From NCBI GenBank assembly GCA_001600815.1, contig BCKZ01000014.1, positions 124,001-188,000 of the forward strand: a DNA stretch of 64,000 nucleotides, written 5' to 3'. Under the pieces are notes generated by a model that saw nothing but the letters and a program-made list of their open reading frames with translations, had not been told where the DNA came from and made no database searches. A program made the translations under genes and the position numbers. Shown piece by piece: positions 11,953 to 25,726 of the stretch (position 1 is the stretch's first letter; each line of letters begins with the position of its first letter). The stretch comes from Alloascoidea hylecoeti. Its lineage: Eukaryota.

Positions 11953-14192
11953 ATGACGGTTCCTGGGGTAGACACATCTCAACTTGGAGCTGAGTATTTA
12001 AAAGAACTTTTGGATCTTTTAGATTCTGTATGTTTTATATATTTAACATAGTTATCAATATGATTATTAACCTTTTGATATAGGTTGTTGGGAAAAAACA
12101 TTTAGTACTTGATAAATCCTTATCAGGTTCAATAAATATATTAACCCCTTTTTCAAACCTTCGTTCACATGGAATAGATGAAGTGTTTTGGATAACTGGT
12201 TCAACAGATACATTAATTGATATATCAACATCAACATTAATAAATGGTATTAAAAATTTGGTTTTTTTAGTAAGATCTGATATTATAAATGCTGAATTAA
12301 TTTCAAATCATATTAAAAAATTAAACAAATTAAAAATTTTAATAAATTGTGATATAACAGTTATTATAACACCAAATAAATCATCAGCTTTTAATTTAAT
12401 TTTAGAAAATAATGAAGTTATTGGAGATTTAACAATTCATGAATGGAATTTAGGTTTTATTCAATTAAGATCAAATTTATTAAGTCTTGAATATGGTTCA
12501 AATATTATAAACGATTTATATTTAAATAATATTTCGACACCAATTTATAAATCTGCAATTGCATTACATTATTTATATAAAAAATTTCCAAAATTTTTAC
12601 GTTTTAATCATCTGTTGGCAAAAGGCAATAATTCTGTTAAATTATTAGAAATGTACGAAAGAATTTCTTCTGAATATGAAGCAAATTTATCACCAGAAGA
12701 AAGATTAAATAATTATCAAATTGATAATGCATTATATGGTGGTTCAGGATTACATTCAAATAGAAAATGTGAATTAATTATAATTGAAAGAAGTGTTGAT
12801 TTTATTACACCATTATTAACACAATTAACTTATGAAGGATTAATTGATGAATTTTATGGAATTTCTTCAAACCAAGTAGAAGTACCAAATTCAGTTGTTT
12901 CGTTAACTTCAAATAGAACTCCAACAACAAATTCAAATTCAAATTCAAATTCAATTACAATTGGTTCATCATCAATACATGATAAAAAAACTAGAAAAAT
13001 TACATTAAATTCAACAGATTCATTATTTAATGAAATTAGAGATTTAAATTTTTCACAAGTTGGTTTAATATTAAATAAAAAAGCAAGATTTTTACAAAAT
13101 GAATTAGAAACAAGACATTCTGCAAAAACAGTATCAGCAATTAAAGAATTTGTTAATAAATTAGGACCATTACAACAAGAACAAAATAATTTAAAAATTC
13201 ATACTAATTTAGCAGGAGAAATTATGAAAAAATTTCAACTTCAATTAACCGTTAATGATCCATCATCATCATCAAATTTAAATGAAAATGAAAATGAAAA
13301 TGAATTAATTGATTCAAAAGTTCTAATATTTAATAAAAATTTAGAAATTCAACAAAATATGATTTCTGATTCATTAGATTTAAATACATTACATTCATTA
13401 ATTGAAGAATTAATTTATCAATCATCATCAATTGAAATTATATTAAGATTATTATGTTTAGAAACTTTATCACATAATGGTATACAAGATAAAAATTATC
13501 AATTTTTTAAAAAAAATATTTTACAAACTTATGGTTATAAACATATTTTAACATTTCAAAATTTATTTAAATTAAAATTATTATATTCAAAATCTTATCC
13601 ACCAAAATCAATAACGATTAGAGATTGGATTACATTAAGATCTAAATTATCATTAATTTCTGATGAACAAAATGATGATGAAATTCCAAAAGATATAACT
13701 TTTTCTTATTCTGGTTATGCTCCTTTATCAATTCGTCTTATACAAGGAATATTTGATAAAAGTATTATTAAATCATCTGCTTTTTTAACGTCTTCTTCAA
13801 GAGCTTTTAGTACAACAGGATGGAAAGGATTAGAAGATATAACTAAATGTATAAGTGGAGATTTAATTGATAAAAATCCAATAAATATTCATACATCATC
13901 AATAACAAATAAAACATCAACATCAACAACAACAACAACACAAACTAACACATCAACAGCAGTAAGTATTAATACTCCTTCAATATTATCAAATATTTCT
14001 TTAAAAAATAAACAACAAGGGTTAAATACTTGTGTTTTATTTTTTTTAGGTGGAATTACTTTTGCAGAAGTTGCTGCATTAAATTTTTATTTTGAAATGT
14101 TAAAAAAGAATGGTGATGATAAACAATTTATTATTGCAACAACTGGTATTATTAATGGTAATCAAATTGTTTCAAGTGCTATTGAGACATAA
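11953..14192 (+). CDS. VPS33: Sec1/Munc18-family vacuolar sorting protein (exons 11953-12027, 12084-14192)
   Basis: Motifs GKKHLVLD, IIERSVDFITPLLTQLTYEGLIDE, YSGYAPLSIRL and FLGGITFAEVAAL. Intron GTATGT..TAG. Confidence 0.93.
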
Positions 14193-15069
14193 ATAAATAT
14201 ATAAATATTTAATTACTTAACTTCTACCAATTTTATTTTAAAAACTAAATTTAAATATTTTAAAGATAGATTCTACTTAATATTATTAATTCTCATTACA
14301 ACTTTGAATGTGCTGGAAGGTTTTTTCACCCCAACCGTTGAGTTTTTTTCTCTTGGACACCTTATAATCATTTAAATTTAATTATAGGTATAATAAATTT
14401 GGAGGGTATTAATTTCATCACAACCGATCAGTCGTTTCCTTTCTTGTGGGTCGCCGGGAAGAGCTATCTCGTATACCTAGAAATTTTCAGATTAACCTGT
14501 TCTTACCACAATTCTTTAGTAAATTCCTCTTATGAGAAAACGGATCAGATTCTTTTGATTCCCCACATCACACCAATAATTTTTGTCGCTTGAACATCCA
14601 TTTCATCAATGGACTCGGAAGCTCTATCTAAACATTAGTCCAAAGATTCTAAATCGTTTTGTGTTGGTTATATATCAACCAAAACAGCCCAAACAACACT
14701 GGATGAATTAGTGACAGTGGAGGCGAAACCGGCAATGATTCTTTTTTCTGCCATCCAAAATATTGATAAGACCCGAGGAAAAAAGAAGAAGAAGAAGAGT
14801 CAAGTTCTACAAACATCTATAGTTGGAACATATTGATTATTTAAGAAACAAACTGCATCACGTGCAGATAAGGTTCATGATGTGCATATGTATGAGAAGG
14901 AAATAGGTAAAAACTGAGAAGTAAAGAAATTATTTAGTAGATAATTATCATTCCAAAACACTTTAAAATCTTTATTTTGTATTAAAACATCCCACATAAA
15001 AGACTATAACACTCTCCAAATCCTTTACATTACAAGACCTCTTTAAAAGTATAAGTTACATATTATCAA

Positions 15070-15500
15070 ATGTCTAAAGTTCAAGATGTTAATAATCCAA
15101 CTTCTTAAGATAATGCGACACAAAACCAACAATTGAGCCACCTTGAGTATAAGTCTAACAACGATAATAAAATTGACACGCCAATATCCCGAGATGCTAA
15201 AGACATTAAAGATTTAGAAACACAAATAGTTTAAATATTATTAAAAGGAAGAGAGATTCTTCGGGCTCTATCTCAGAGTTTGAAGAGTTTGAAGAGCTCA
15301 GTAACCTTAACAAGAGACCTCGATTGAATACTGATGACGACGATCGGTCTAAATCTAAATCTAAGTCTCTTTAATATCAAACTAATTTTATATTAAAAGA
15401 TGATTTAAAATTTGGAACAGATGAGGCTAAGGAATTTCCAACTGATCGGCGTGTATATATAATAGAAGAACTACCTAAAAACGAAATAATAATATGAATT
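15070..15500 (+). pseudogene. Decayed orphan ORF
   Basis: The frame MSKVQDVNNPTS*DNATQNQQ...DLETQIV*ILLKGRE is interrupted by TAA stops. No family recognised. Confidence 0.3.
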
Positions 15501-15730
15501 GAGATAGTAATCAATATATGGATTATTGTTTTATTTCTGTTTAAAATTAACTTATTCAGATACCGCTAAAAATAAATTATAAAATGTATAATACATTCTT
15601 ACTGTTTAGCTTATATGGAATTTGATTCTAAATGGTATTGCAATAAAATTAAAATTCTGAGAAAATTGCAAAAACAATCTTGGGTTTTTCGAGTCAGCTG
15701 TTATGTTTTCATTTAAATGATGGTACATTT

Positions 15731-15778
15731 TAAACAATAATTAATGGTAATCAAATTGTTTCAATTGAGACATAAATA
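15731..15778 (+). repeat. Short duplicate of the VPS33 3' end and stop codon
   Basis: attaatggtaatcaaattgtttcaa(----)ttgagacataaata matches 14151-14195 with a 6-nt deletion. Confidence 0.8.
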
Positions 15779-16130
15779 TTTTATATTTTATATTTATGTA
15801 GTTGCATTCTTCTATTTAATATATATATATATATATATTTATATATCTACGTTCCGTGAATATTGCAATTGTTTATATAATCTTTTATGATCGTTTTTTC
15901 ATCCCTGGATGACGTTACCCGCCCTCCAAATTTTACGATGAAGCAAAAAAATAAGGAAACTCAAAATTTTATATAACTTGTAAAAAATTTAAAAAACATT
16001 TTAAAAGGATTTAAAAAGAATAGATTTATCATAAATAAAATCTCTATTTTTACAAGATCTTTGATTTCTCATTATTTTTATTTCAAATTTCTTATAATTT
16101 TATTTAATTGCATCCAAATATTCTAAAAAC

Positions 16131-19100
16131 ATGAAGAATCTAATACAATTACATAAAGGTACAATAACTTTACAATCAAGAGAAGTTCCTGATTTACCTA
16201 TATCAAAATCTATTTTTGATCCTGTTAATGATACGATGATTGTTGTTTTGGGTCCTTCTGAAGAATTCAACTGTCTTGAAGTTCAACAAATCTTTGTAAG
16301 TTTTATCATTTGTATTTTTTTTTTATTTCTAAAAATATTTTATTGAGTACTAATTATTATAAATGATAATAGAAAACAGGTGTTATTACAACATTAGCAT
16401 TATTAAATTTACCTGAACCAAATGATGATGAATTTATGGAACATGAATTAGAAAAAATCAAAAGTTTAAAATATTTTCCTGAATTAAATGAAGTTATTAT
16501 AATTTTAGAAGGTGGTGATTTATATAAAATTTCTTTTGATCCAAATGGTTCAAACAATAATTCACCAGAAATTCTATTAATTGGTTCAATTGATGAAAAA
16601 ATTTCATGTGCTGAATGGAGTCCAGATGATGAAATTTTAATTATTTTATCAAAAAATGGTAAAATTAATTTTATGTCAAAATATTTTGAATTAATTTCTG
16701 AATATCAATTATCTGATGATGATTTTAAGAAATCAAAACATGTTTCTGTTGGTTGGGGTAAATCAGAGACTCAATTTAAAGGAAAAGGTGCAAAAACAAT
16801 TGAATCTCCAACACAATTAGCTTTAATAAGAACTGCAATGGCTGCTTCTGGTGGTGGGATTGATGATGTTAATTCAATTATAAGAGATCCAACTTTACCT
16901 GATAAATTTATTTCTGGTTCAATTAGTGAATTTGATGATTCAAAATCAAGAATTTCTTGGAGAGGTGATGCTGAATATGTTTCAATAAATTGGCATAATG
17001 GTGATTTATCTTCAAGAAGAGCAATTCGTGTTTTTAATAGAGAAGGGAAATTAGATAGTGTTTCTGAACCTGTTGATGGACAAGAAGGTCAATTAGCTTG
17101 GAGACCTTCTGGTAATTTAATTGCAAGTGTTCAAAGATCAAATGATAATTTAGATTTAATATTTTTTGAAAGAAATGGGTTACGACATGGTGAATTTTCA
17201 TTACGATTACCACCATCTCAAATAATTCATGAAATTGCTTGGAATTCAGATTCTGAAGTTTTAGCTGTACTTTGTGATGATAAAATTCAATTATGGACAA
17301 CTAAAAATTATTATTGGTATTTAAAATATGTTATACCAACAACAAATGCTGGTGTTTCAATTTTATGGCATCCTGAGAAAGCTCTGACATTATTAATTCA
17401 ACAAGATGATAGTATGATTGAAACCCATACTTTTTCATGGACAATTATTTCTGGTCCAACACAAATTCCAAATGATTTAGGTACAATTGCAGTAATTGAT
17501 GGACAAGAAGTTAAAATAACTCCTTTAAAAATTGCAAATGTTCCACCACCTATGTCATATAGATCATTTGAAAGTGATGCTGAAGTATTAAGTGTTGCAA
17601 TAAGTAAATCAAATGATTTATTTGCATCATTAACTCATTATGGTATAAGTTTATATAAATGGGATTTAACAAATCCAAAAAAAATTCAAGATCCAAAATT
17701 AGTTGGTGAAATAAGTAATGCATTATTTGGTGATTTTGGTAGTTATCCAAGACAAATTGTTTTCATTGGTAATAATACAATTATTACTGCAGGTAGTGAA
17801 ATTTTATTATTTGATATAACTGATTTAAAATTTCCTGAAGTACTTGGTGTTATTAATGTTGGTATGGATATTTTATTAATTAAATCTCAAAATGATTTTG
17901 AATCAATTATATTTGAAACTGTTGATGGATCAATTTATGAAATTTCTTCAAAAGATCTTACAACTGCTGATTTTTTAGTTAAATTACCACAAAGATGTTC
18001 AAGTCTTTTCTTATCAAATTCAAATTCAAATGATAATAATAATAATAATAATGATGATGATGATGAAAAAAACGAAAAAATGGTTTTTGGATTAACAGAT
18101 AATGGTAAATTATTTATAAATAATCGACTTTTAACAAATTCTGTTACTTCTATTTTAATGACTGAATCTCATTTAATTTTAACAACTGCTCAACATTTTT
18201 TAAAATTTATTCATTTAAATACATCACCTGAATTAATTCAAGTTTCATCCGATAATAACAATCAAAATTCAAATGATAATGAGAAAATTATAACAGAAGA
18301 TGAAAGATGTCGTTCAATTGAAAGAGGATCAATTTTAATTTCTGCAATTCCGTCAAAAACTTCAATTATTTTACAAGCACCAAGAGGTAATTTAGAAACA
18401 ATTTCACCAAGAATAATGGTTGTTAATCAAATTCGAAGAAATATTGATAATTTAAAATATGATAAAGCTTTTGAAATTTGTAGAATTCATAGAGTTGATT
18501 TAGGTTTATTATATGATTATGACAGATTGAAATTTCATAATAATGTCTCATTATTTATTGATCAAATTGGTAATGTTCAATATTTAGATTTATTTTTATC
18601 AACTTTAACTGAAGAAGATGTAACAAAGACAAAATATAAAGAAACTTTTAAAAATCAAAATATTAATATTAATCTAATTCCTGAATTTTCAAAGTTAAAG
18701 ATTTCAAATAATAATGATAATGATAATTCAAATCAAATACAAAAATCAAAAATAAATATAATTTGTGATACAATTGTTGAGGTTTTACTTACAGATAAAT
18801 ATAAAGAAAAATATTTTCAATCAATTTTAACAGCATATGCTTGTAAAAAACCACCAGCATTAAAAGATGCTCTTCAAATAATTGGTAATTTAACAATAAC
18901 AAATCCAGATAAAGCAGAAAAAGCAATTGCTCATTTATCTATTTTAGATGATGTTAATTTATTATATAAAACATCATTAGGTTCATATAATATTCCATTA
19001 ACTGTTCTTATTGCACAACAATCACAACAAGATCCAAAAGAATATTTACCATTTTTACAATCATTATTTGAAAAAGAAGAAATTAGAAGAAAATTTGAAA

Positions 19101-20254
19101 TTGATACATATTTAAAAAATTACACCAAAGCATTAGAATATTTAAATGAACTTAATAATAAAAATCAATTAATTGATTCAAATGAATTTAATAATTATAT
19201 TGTTGAACATGAATTATATCAAAATGCTTTAAATTTATGTCAATATGATACCATAAGAACAAATGAAATTTTATCATTATATGCAAATTATTTACAAGGT
19301 AAAAGAGAATATAATGAAGCAGCAATTATATTTGAATTTATTAATAATTTAGAAGATGCTGCTTTTTGTTATCAATTAAGTGGACAATGGAAAGAATGTT
19401 TAAGTATTATTGAAATTATTTCAAATGATAAATTAAAAGAAATTGCTTCAATATTATCTGACTCATTAATTGAATCACATAAATTTATTGATGCTGCAAC
19501 TATTAATATTGATTATTTAAATAATATTGATGAGGGTGTTAGACTTTTATGTGAAGGTTATCAATATAATGAAGCAATTAGAATTTCAATTAATAAAAAT
19601 TCAAAACATTTACTTGAAACTATAATTGATAATGGATTAACTGAAGGATTTTCAACAATTGCTGAATTAATTGCGGATTGTAAAAAACAAATTGATTCAC
19701 AATTAAGAAGATTAAGATTATTAAGAACTAAAAAAGAAGAAGATCCTTCATCATTTTTTAATAATCCTGATGAAAATGATACACCTGATAATGTTTCTGT
19801 TGCTGCTTCTGAAACTTCAACAGCTCCTTCATTTTTTACAAGATATACTGGTAAAACTGGAACTACTGCAAAAACAGGTACATCTAGAAAAACAGCAAAG
19901 AATAAACGTCGTCAAGATCGTAAACGTGCCCGTGGTAAACAAGGTACAATTTATGAAGAAGAATATCTTATTAATTCAATGAGTCGTCTTGCTGATAGAT
20001 TAAATCAAACAAATTTAGATGCTGTTAATTTAATTGAAGGATTAATTAGAAGAAATAAAAAAGATCTTGCATATCAACTTCAAAAATCTTATGTTGAAGT
20101 TTTAGAAACATTAAATGGATGTGTTGATGAAGTATTTACAATGTCTGAAAAGGACAGAGAAAGATATGATGATGATGGAAATATTTATTATATTCCAATT
20201 ATTCCAATTCCAAGGATTATACAATTTCCAACAAAGAAAATTTTGGAATATTAA
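16131..20254 (+). CDS. IKI3: Elongator complex subunit 1 (exons 16131-16295, 16373-20254)
   Basis: Motifs HVSVGWGKSETQFKG, ISWRGD, WRPSGNLIA, FFERNGLRHGEF, LQAPRGNLETI and GTIYEEEYL. Intron GTAAGT..TACTAAT..TAG. Confidence 0.96.
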
Positions 20255-20663
20255 TATTTATTTATATAGCTTTAAGTTCATGCATTATAGATTATTTGCT
20301 GTAATTATATGAGAGAATAATGTAATAAGAAACAAATAGTAAAATTTCAATTCAAAATAATCTTTCGATATAGAACACCATTGTTTTAGTTGACCAGCTA
20401 TTATCCGATAGCTGATAAGTTTTATAAAAAGGGAGTATCTACTCTTTATCGTCTAATCTTTCCTATGTTATTCTAGTATAGCAATGTAATATAGCAACTC
20501 TAATGCATTAGACCATTATGTAAGTTGAAAGTCTTATTCAACCTAAAGTTATACTTACATTTAATCACACTTGGAGTTCTAATATACAATAATATAAATA
20601 TTTTATTCTAATTTAATTTACAAATCAATACAAACGTATACATTACAATAGTATTTACTTTTA

Positions 20664-22083
20664 ATGAAAACGATGAACTTTCAATTATCAAGTCTAAATT
20701 GGTTAGGGAATCTATCTCAATTGAAAATAGATTATAAAGCATTGAGAATGAAATCAAAACGAACAATAATAAACTTGATTTTATTATGAAATTGTTATTG
20801 AAGCAGTCTGATATTGATGAATTACCATCATTTGCTCCAGAAAAAAAAGTAAAATCTGAAGATGAGGAAATTAGTAAAGTGAAGAGTGAATTCGAAAACT
20901 TATATGAAGTTCAACAATCAAAAATGTGAGATTTAAACCAAAAATCAGCCTAAAACAGTGTCCCTTTTCAAGAGACATATTTCATCTCCGATTCAAAGAA
21001 AAATAGTCCTCACTCCACAAATATGAAATCCAACGAAAAATTACTGAAAGTTAAAACGAAGTCATCAGACTTTCCTGTTCCAGATGACATTTTTGATGAT
21101 GATATGATATATCATCTACTTGGTCGGATATCACTCATACTGAGTCTGTTATTGATAATGATGTTACTGAACATAATATTAACTTCTTGGAATCGCTTCC
21201 TGAACCTATTAAGTTAAAGAATATAGAATCTTGTGAATGTATTCATAACTATATCGACTCTGTAAAATGTAATGCAGAAGCTCTTGGGTTATTAAACGAA
21301 CACCTTGATTATAAAATATCAGAAGTAGCTAATTATTCTCAACGAAAAAATCTCAATAGTTTACGATCAATGATTTTAAAAAGTTTAGCAGAATAAGATT
21401 CAATAATTATTAGAGATTTAAAAACAATTAATGAAATTATTAATTGTTTATTTGAAATATATGGATATGGTTTACAAAATTCATGTGCAATTTATAAATA
21501 ACTTTTATCAAAAAAATTAAATATGAATATGAATAAAAATCAAATTAGTGAATTTTTTAATGATGTTGATTCTAAATTTTTACAATTAAATAGATTGGAT
21601 GAAGAAATTTCAGATACAATTGAAACTAATTTATTTGGATTAATTTGTATTGAAGATGAACAACATTTAATTAATACTGAAATATCAAGTTTAGAATATA
21701 TAGATTTTTGTGAAAAAAATTGGAAAATTACTGGTTTATTATTATTTCATTCAAATTATCATCGTTAAAAGTTGATTAGAGATATTTTTATCTCATTTAA
21801 ATGAATTTTTGGATGAATTGAACACAAATGTACCGATTCCTCAATTATACTAGAGTCAAGTGAGTATCTTATATTTCAACCGTGTGATATTCTAAAGAAA
21901 GAGAAGGAATTAAATGAAACGATTAATAATTCTCCACAGCCCAATGTATCAGACAGAACTGTAATTAATAGTTATAAACTTTTTGAATTTCCTGTTTATT
22001 ATGAGACGCTTTCTGAAGCCAAAAGGAAATATTTAATGGCTAGAATAAAAATAGAACACTTAAAAAGAAAAGTCCTTTTGTGA
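20664..22083 (+). pseudogene. Orphan gene family, copy 1 (frameshifted, with stops)
   Basis: Fragments VPDDIFDDD, ESLPE..IHNYIDSVK.NAEAL.LL.EHLDY, RSMIL and FFNDVDSKFL lie in different frames and are homologous to 22692-23830. Confidence 0.75.
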
Positions 22084-22691
22084 TCGAGCCCGGAAACATA
22101 TGTTTATACTTTTTTTTTATATTTTTTCTTCTTCTTGTTAATGGTTATATCTTCATTCAATAAAAAAATAAGAATATCATCTTTTATTATTTTAACAATT
22201 CATAATATATTTTATATACACATTTTTAATATATTTATTTTATCCTATAAAACAGCTGGACTTACAAACATAAATAGCGGCTGGGATTGAGCTCACGTAT
22301 TAATTACTTCCCACATTACTATTTATATTCTACAACCAAAGCCTTACTTATATGGCAAACCTATAGCTAAAACATAACCGAGTGTATTCAGTAATATGCA
22401 CATATGCATATGCATAGCACATTGAAATTGAGTTGCCAGATTAAGCAGCCCCGACGGTGATATACACTTTGTAGTATCTTATAGACTAAATATTCAGCCA
22501 TTCTGTTGAATATTTATTGGAAAACTCATCAACTAAATTTAATCAACTGCGTGCACTTCTACGGTTTATATATATATACTGGCACACATTCCCGTTGCAT
22601 TTACTGATCAATTGTTAACTAGATATAAGATATAAGTTATATAACCCCTTTAAATTTGTAAATTCTTTCTTTTTTCTTCACCACACCAATA

Positions 22692-23830
22692 ATGTTTTTC
22701 GAAATACTCTTTATCTTCCTTTTATCAAGAAAAGTTAGAGCTTCCATTGCCTCAACTGCTCAAGCCTCTAAACTCTCATCAGACACCTTAAATTAGCAAC
22801 CTTTTATTTCCTTTTCATCTTCCATTCCTGCTCCAAAGAAAAATAGTCCCCGTCCCAAAAATGAAATACGACGAATTACAAGATGGTAAAACACAATCGA
22901 AGGAATTCGAATCTTCTGTTCCGGATGACGTTTTTGATGATGATAAGTCTTCCACTTGGTCGGAGATGGCTCCTACTGAGTCTGTTGTTGATAATGATTC
23001 CGCCGACCAGAATGTTATTACATTCGAATCGCTTCCTGAAATTTTTAAGTTAACAGATATGAAATCTTTTCCAGATATTCATAATTATATCAACTCTGTT
23101 AAATATAATACAGAAGCTCTTAGATTATTAAAAGAATATCTTGATTATGATGAAGTATCACTAATATCTAATTCCTCTAATAGAAATGTTCTTCAAATTG
23201 TAAGATCAATGATTTTAAATAGTTTATCAAAAGATGATTCAATAATTATTGAAAAGTTAGAAATATTTAATGAAGTTTTTGAATTAAGTTTATTAGAAGA
23301 AGGATTTAAAGCTAGTTTTGAAACTTCACTTCAAATTTATAAATATCTTTTATCAAAAAAATTAAAAATTATATGAATAAAATTGAATTAATTAAATTTT
23401 TTAATGATGTTGATTCTAAATTTTTATTATTAAAAATAATGAGAGAAGAAGTTTCTGATAAGATTAAAATTAATTTTTTGGGATCAATTTGGATTGAAGA
23501 TGATCATGACTTGATACTTGTTAAAATATCATATTTAAAATATTGTGGAAATATAACTGGTTATAATCCAAAATATAAGGTTTCCGTGAAATAATTGGGA
23601 TTAAAATTACTGGTTCATCAATATTTGATTTAAATAAAAATAATAATAAATTAAATAATAAAAGAAGGGATTTAATTACAAAAAGAAATAGTGAAGATAA
23701 ATCAAGCCTTTATCAAAAACTTAAGAAATGTTTTTTGGGCAATTAACATTAGAAATAGGAGAAAATGGGAACCGAATAAGTGAAATTGAAAATGATGTCA
23801 AGAGAACCACACGGCTTTTAGCCTTGTTGA
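22692..23830 (+). pseudogene. Orphan gene family, copy 2 (frameshifted)
   Basis: ORFs 22861-23376 and 23373-23594 are collinear homologues of the copy-1 fragments, split by a frameshift. Confidence 0.75.
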
Positions 23831-24457
23831 CAATCATTTTATTTTCGGTATTTATTCTATTCATATCAGTTAACTTTTAATATACATTTTTTAGTATTTA
23901 TCAATACTTACGTAAAAATTACTTACTGTAAAGCTTCCATATTATATTACCAAAGTTTATATAACACAATGACCGATATCAAAGATTCAAAACAACAAAT
24001 CACAAATCACAAATATACACCCTCAAATACAACTCAAGCTCGAGATTGAGGAAGTCAACCTTGAGTTGCGACAAATATTCGAATGCCTAATTTGATAGAA
24101 AATCATTTTATACAACTCCAAAGATATTACAGTTCAAGAAGAAACTGGGACAGTTAAAAAGAAAAGTTTCACTGATGCAAAAATCAACTACAACAACCAC
24201 TAGAAGAACAACAACGTCAATGACGGCAATTTTTTTGGTTCGATGCGTTCGATCAAACGAAATTTTGGGAGCCGAGCAAGTTCGGGATATATATTTAGCT
24301 AAAACTTTTTAATTGAACAATCTTATTGATTAATTAATTAACGTTGTAGTAAAATTATAGTCTACTATACAGTGATTTCACTTAATTGCGGCTAAGTTTG
24401 GCATCTGGAGTTGTTCCATATTGTTGGATATTGTCACTCTTGGGGAGTCAACTAGAG
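23072..24457 (+). repeat. About 1.39-kb segment duplicated in inverted orientation at 46286-47677
   Basis: Near-identical by eye. The 73-aa ORFs at 23373 (+) and 47370 (-) differ at one residue, and MLDIVTLGESTR occurs at both 24421 (+) and 46322 (-). Confidence 0.95.
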
Positions 24458-24605
24458 TTTTTGGTGTCTGGTTCCAACAATGGTTCGTACCGATAATAAT
24501 GTGGTCGAATAAAAGGTCTCATTTTTTAGAAGTCTATTTACACTCTATAAGCTACACATATAGCTATACCATTAATATTTATAAGATATTCTATAAATTC
24601 AGTTA

Positions 24606-25412
24606 TCATTCTTCAGTAAAAAATCTGACGATACTTTTAGCAATGATATCACCATCATTATCAATAGATTGGGTTCTTTTCAATGCATCATCGTAGAACT
24701 CTTTCGATATTAAACCATCAGAAAATCTTTTCTCAAGTAAATTAAAACAAACTTTTTTAGAAAATTCAGGATGTCCTTGTAATGTTAACAATTTCCCCTT
24801 GGTATAAAAACCTTGATATTCACACAATGGAGATGATGCTAAGTTATGAATATCACCAAGATTTTTATTAAATAAAGGAGGAGAAGTAACGATATCTCTA
24901 TGCATTTCAACAATCTTGATAGTATTTCTATTTTTATTATTTGAATCAAATATTTCTTTAAAAACATCTTTTGCAACTTCATTTATTTCTAATTCAGTAA
25001 TACCCATTTCCCAACCTTTTGGATTTCTAATAAGTTTTGATCCTAGAGCTCTTAAAATAATTTGATGTCCATAACATAAACCACATAATTTAATATTATT
25101 TTCTTTATTACCTAAACATTCAAAAATAATTTTTATAAATTTTAAAAGTTTTAAATTCCAAGGATCATTTTCAAATGAATCTTTTGTTGAGCCACTAATG
25201 AATATTCCAATTAATAAAGGATCATTTAAATCTGGATATTCTTGTTTTGTTATAACATCATATTTAATGATTTCGTACTGATTTAAATCTATTTGACCGG
25301 GGATTTTTAAGAGTTGTATGAGTTGATCAGCAAGATCACTATTTGTATCAACTTGAACAGAATTATAATCGGTGGAAAGAACAGCAATTTTTCGTTTTTG
25401 AGTGATTGTCAT
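24606..25412 (-). CDS. Class I glutamine amidotransferase-like protein (YLR126C-like)
   Basis: Motifs FISGS, GLCYGHQ (nucleophile Cys), GWEMG, EMHRD and QGHPEF. Confidence 0.9.
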   Translation of the reverse strand: MTITQKRKIAVLSTDYNSVQVDTNSDLADQLIQLLKIPGQIDLNQYEIIKYDVITKQEYPDLNDPLLIGIFISGSTKDSFENDPWNLKLLKFIKIIFECLGNKENNIKLCGLCYGHQIILRALGSKLIRNPKGWEMGITELEINEVAKDVFKEIFDSNNKNRNTIKIVEMHRDIVTSPPLFNKNLGDIHNLASSPLCEYQGFYTKGKLLTLQGHPEFSKKVCFNLLEKRFSDGLISKEFYDDALKRTQSIDNDGDIIAKSIVRFFTEE

Positions 25413-25726
25413 GTTGTTATTGTGAATGGATACTTATATGGAATATCGGAAGAGATTTATTTATTGGTCGCCGTGAGCAAAGATAAGATAAGTTGCAAAT
25501 CATCAAAATGGTATTAGTGCCATTAAATGATGCGTTGTACAGTACATCCTGCGTACCGTTTATATACTATTACTACGTGGCCAATTAACTTCATTCACAT
25601 GTTGTATGGTAGTATCATTCTCAATTATTGCAACACAAATAAACCTTTCTCTTTACATAAGGCTTTATAATAAACATTTTTATAAACAAAACATAAACAT
25701 ATTTGAAAAAGGACAAAATTATACAC

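Noticed and set aside
22270..22305. tRNA-like 3' end or B-box on the minus strand
   Set aside because: No cloverleaf or A-box could be built.
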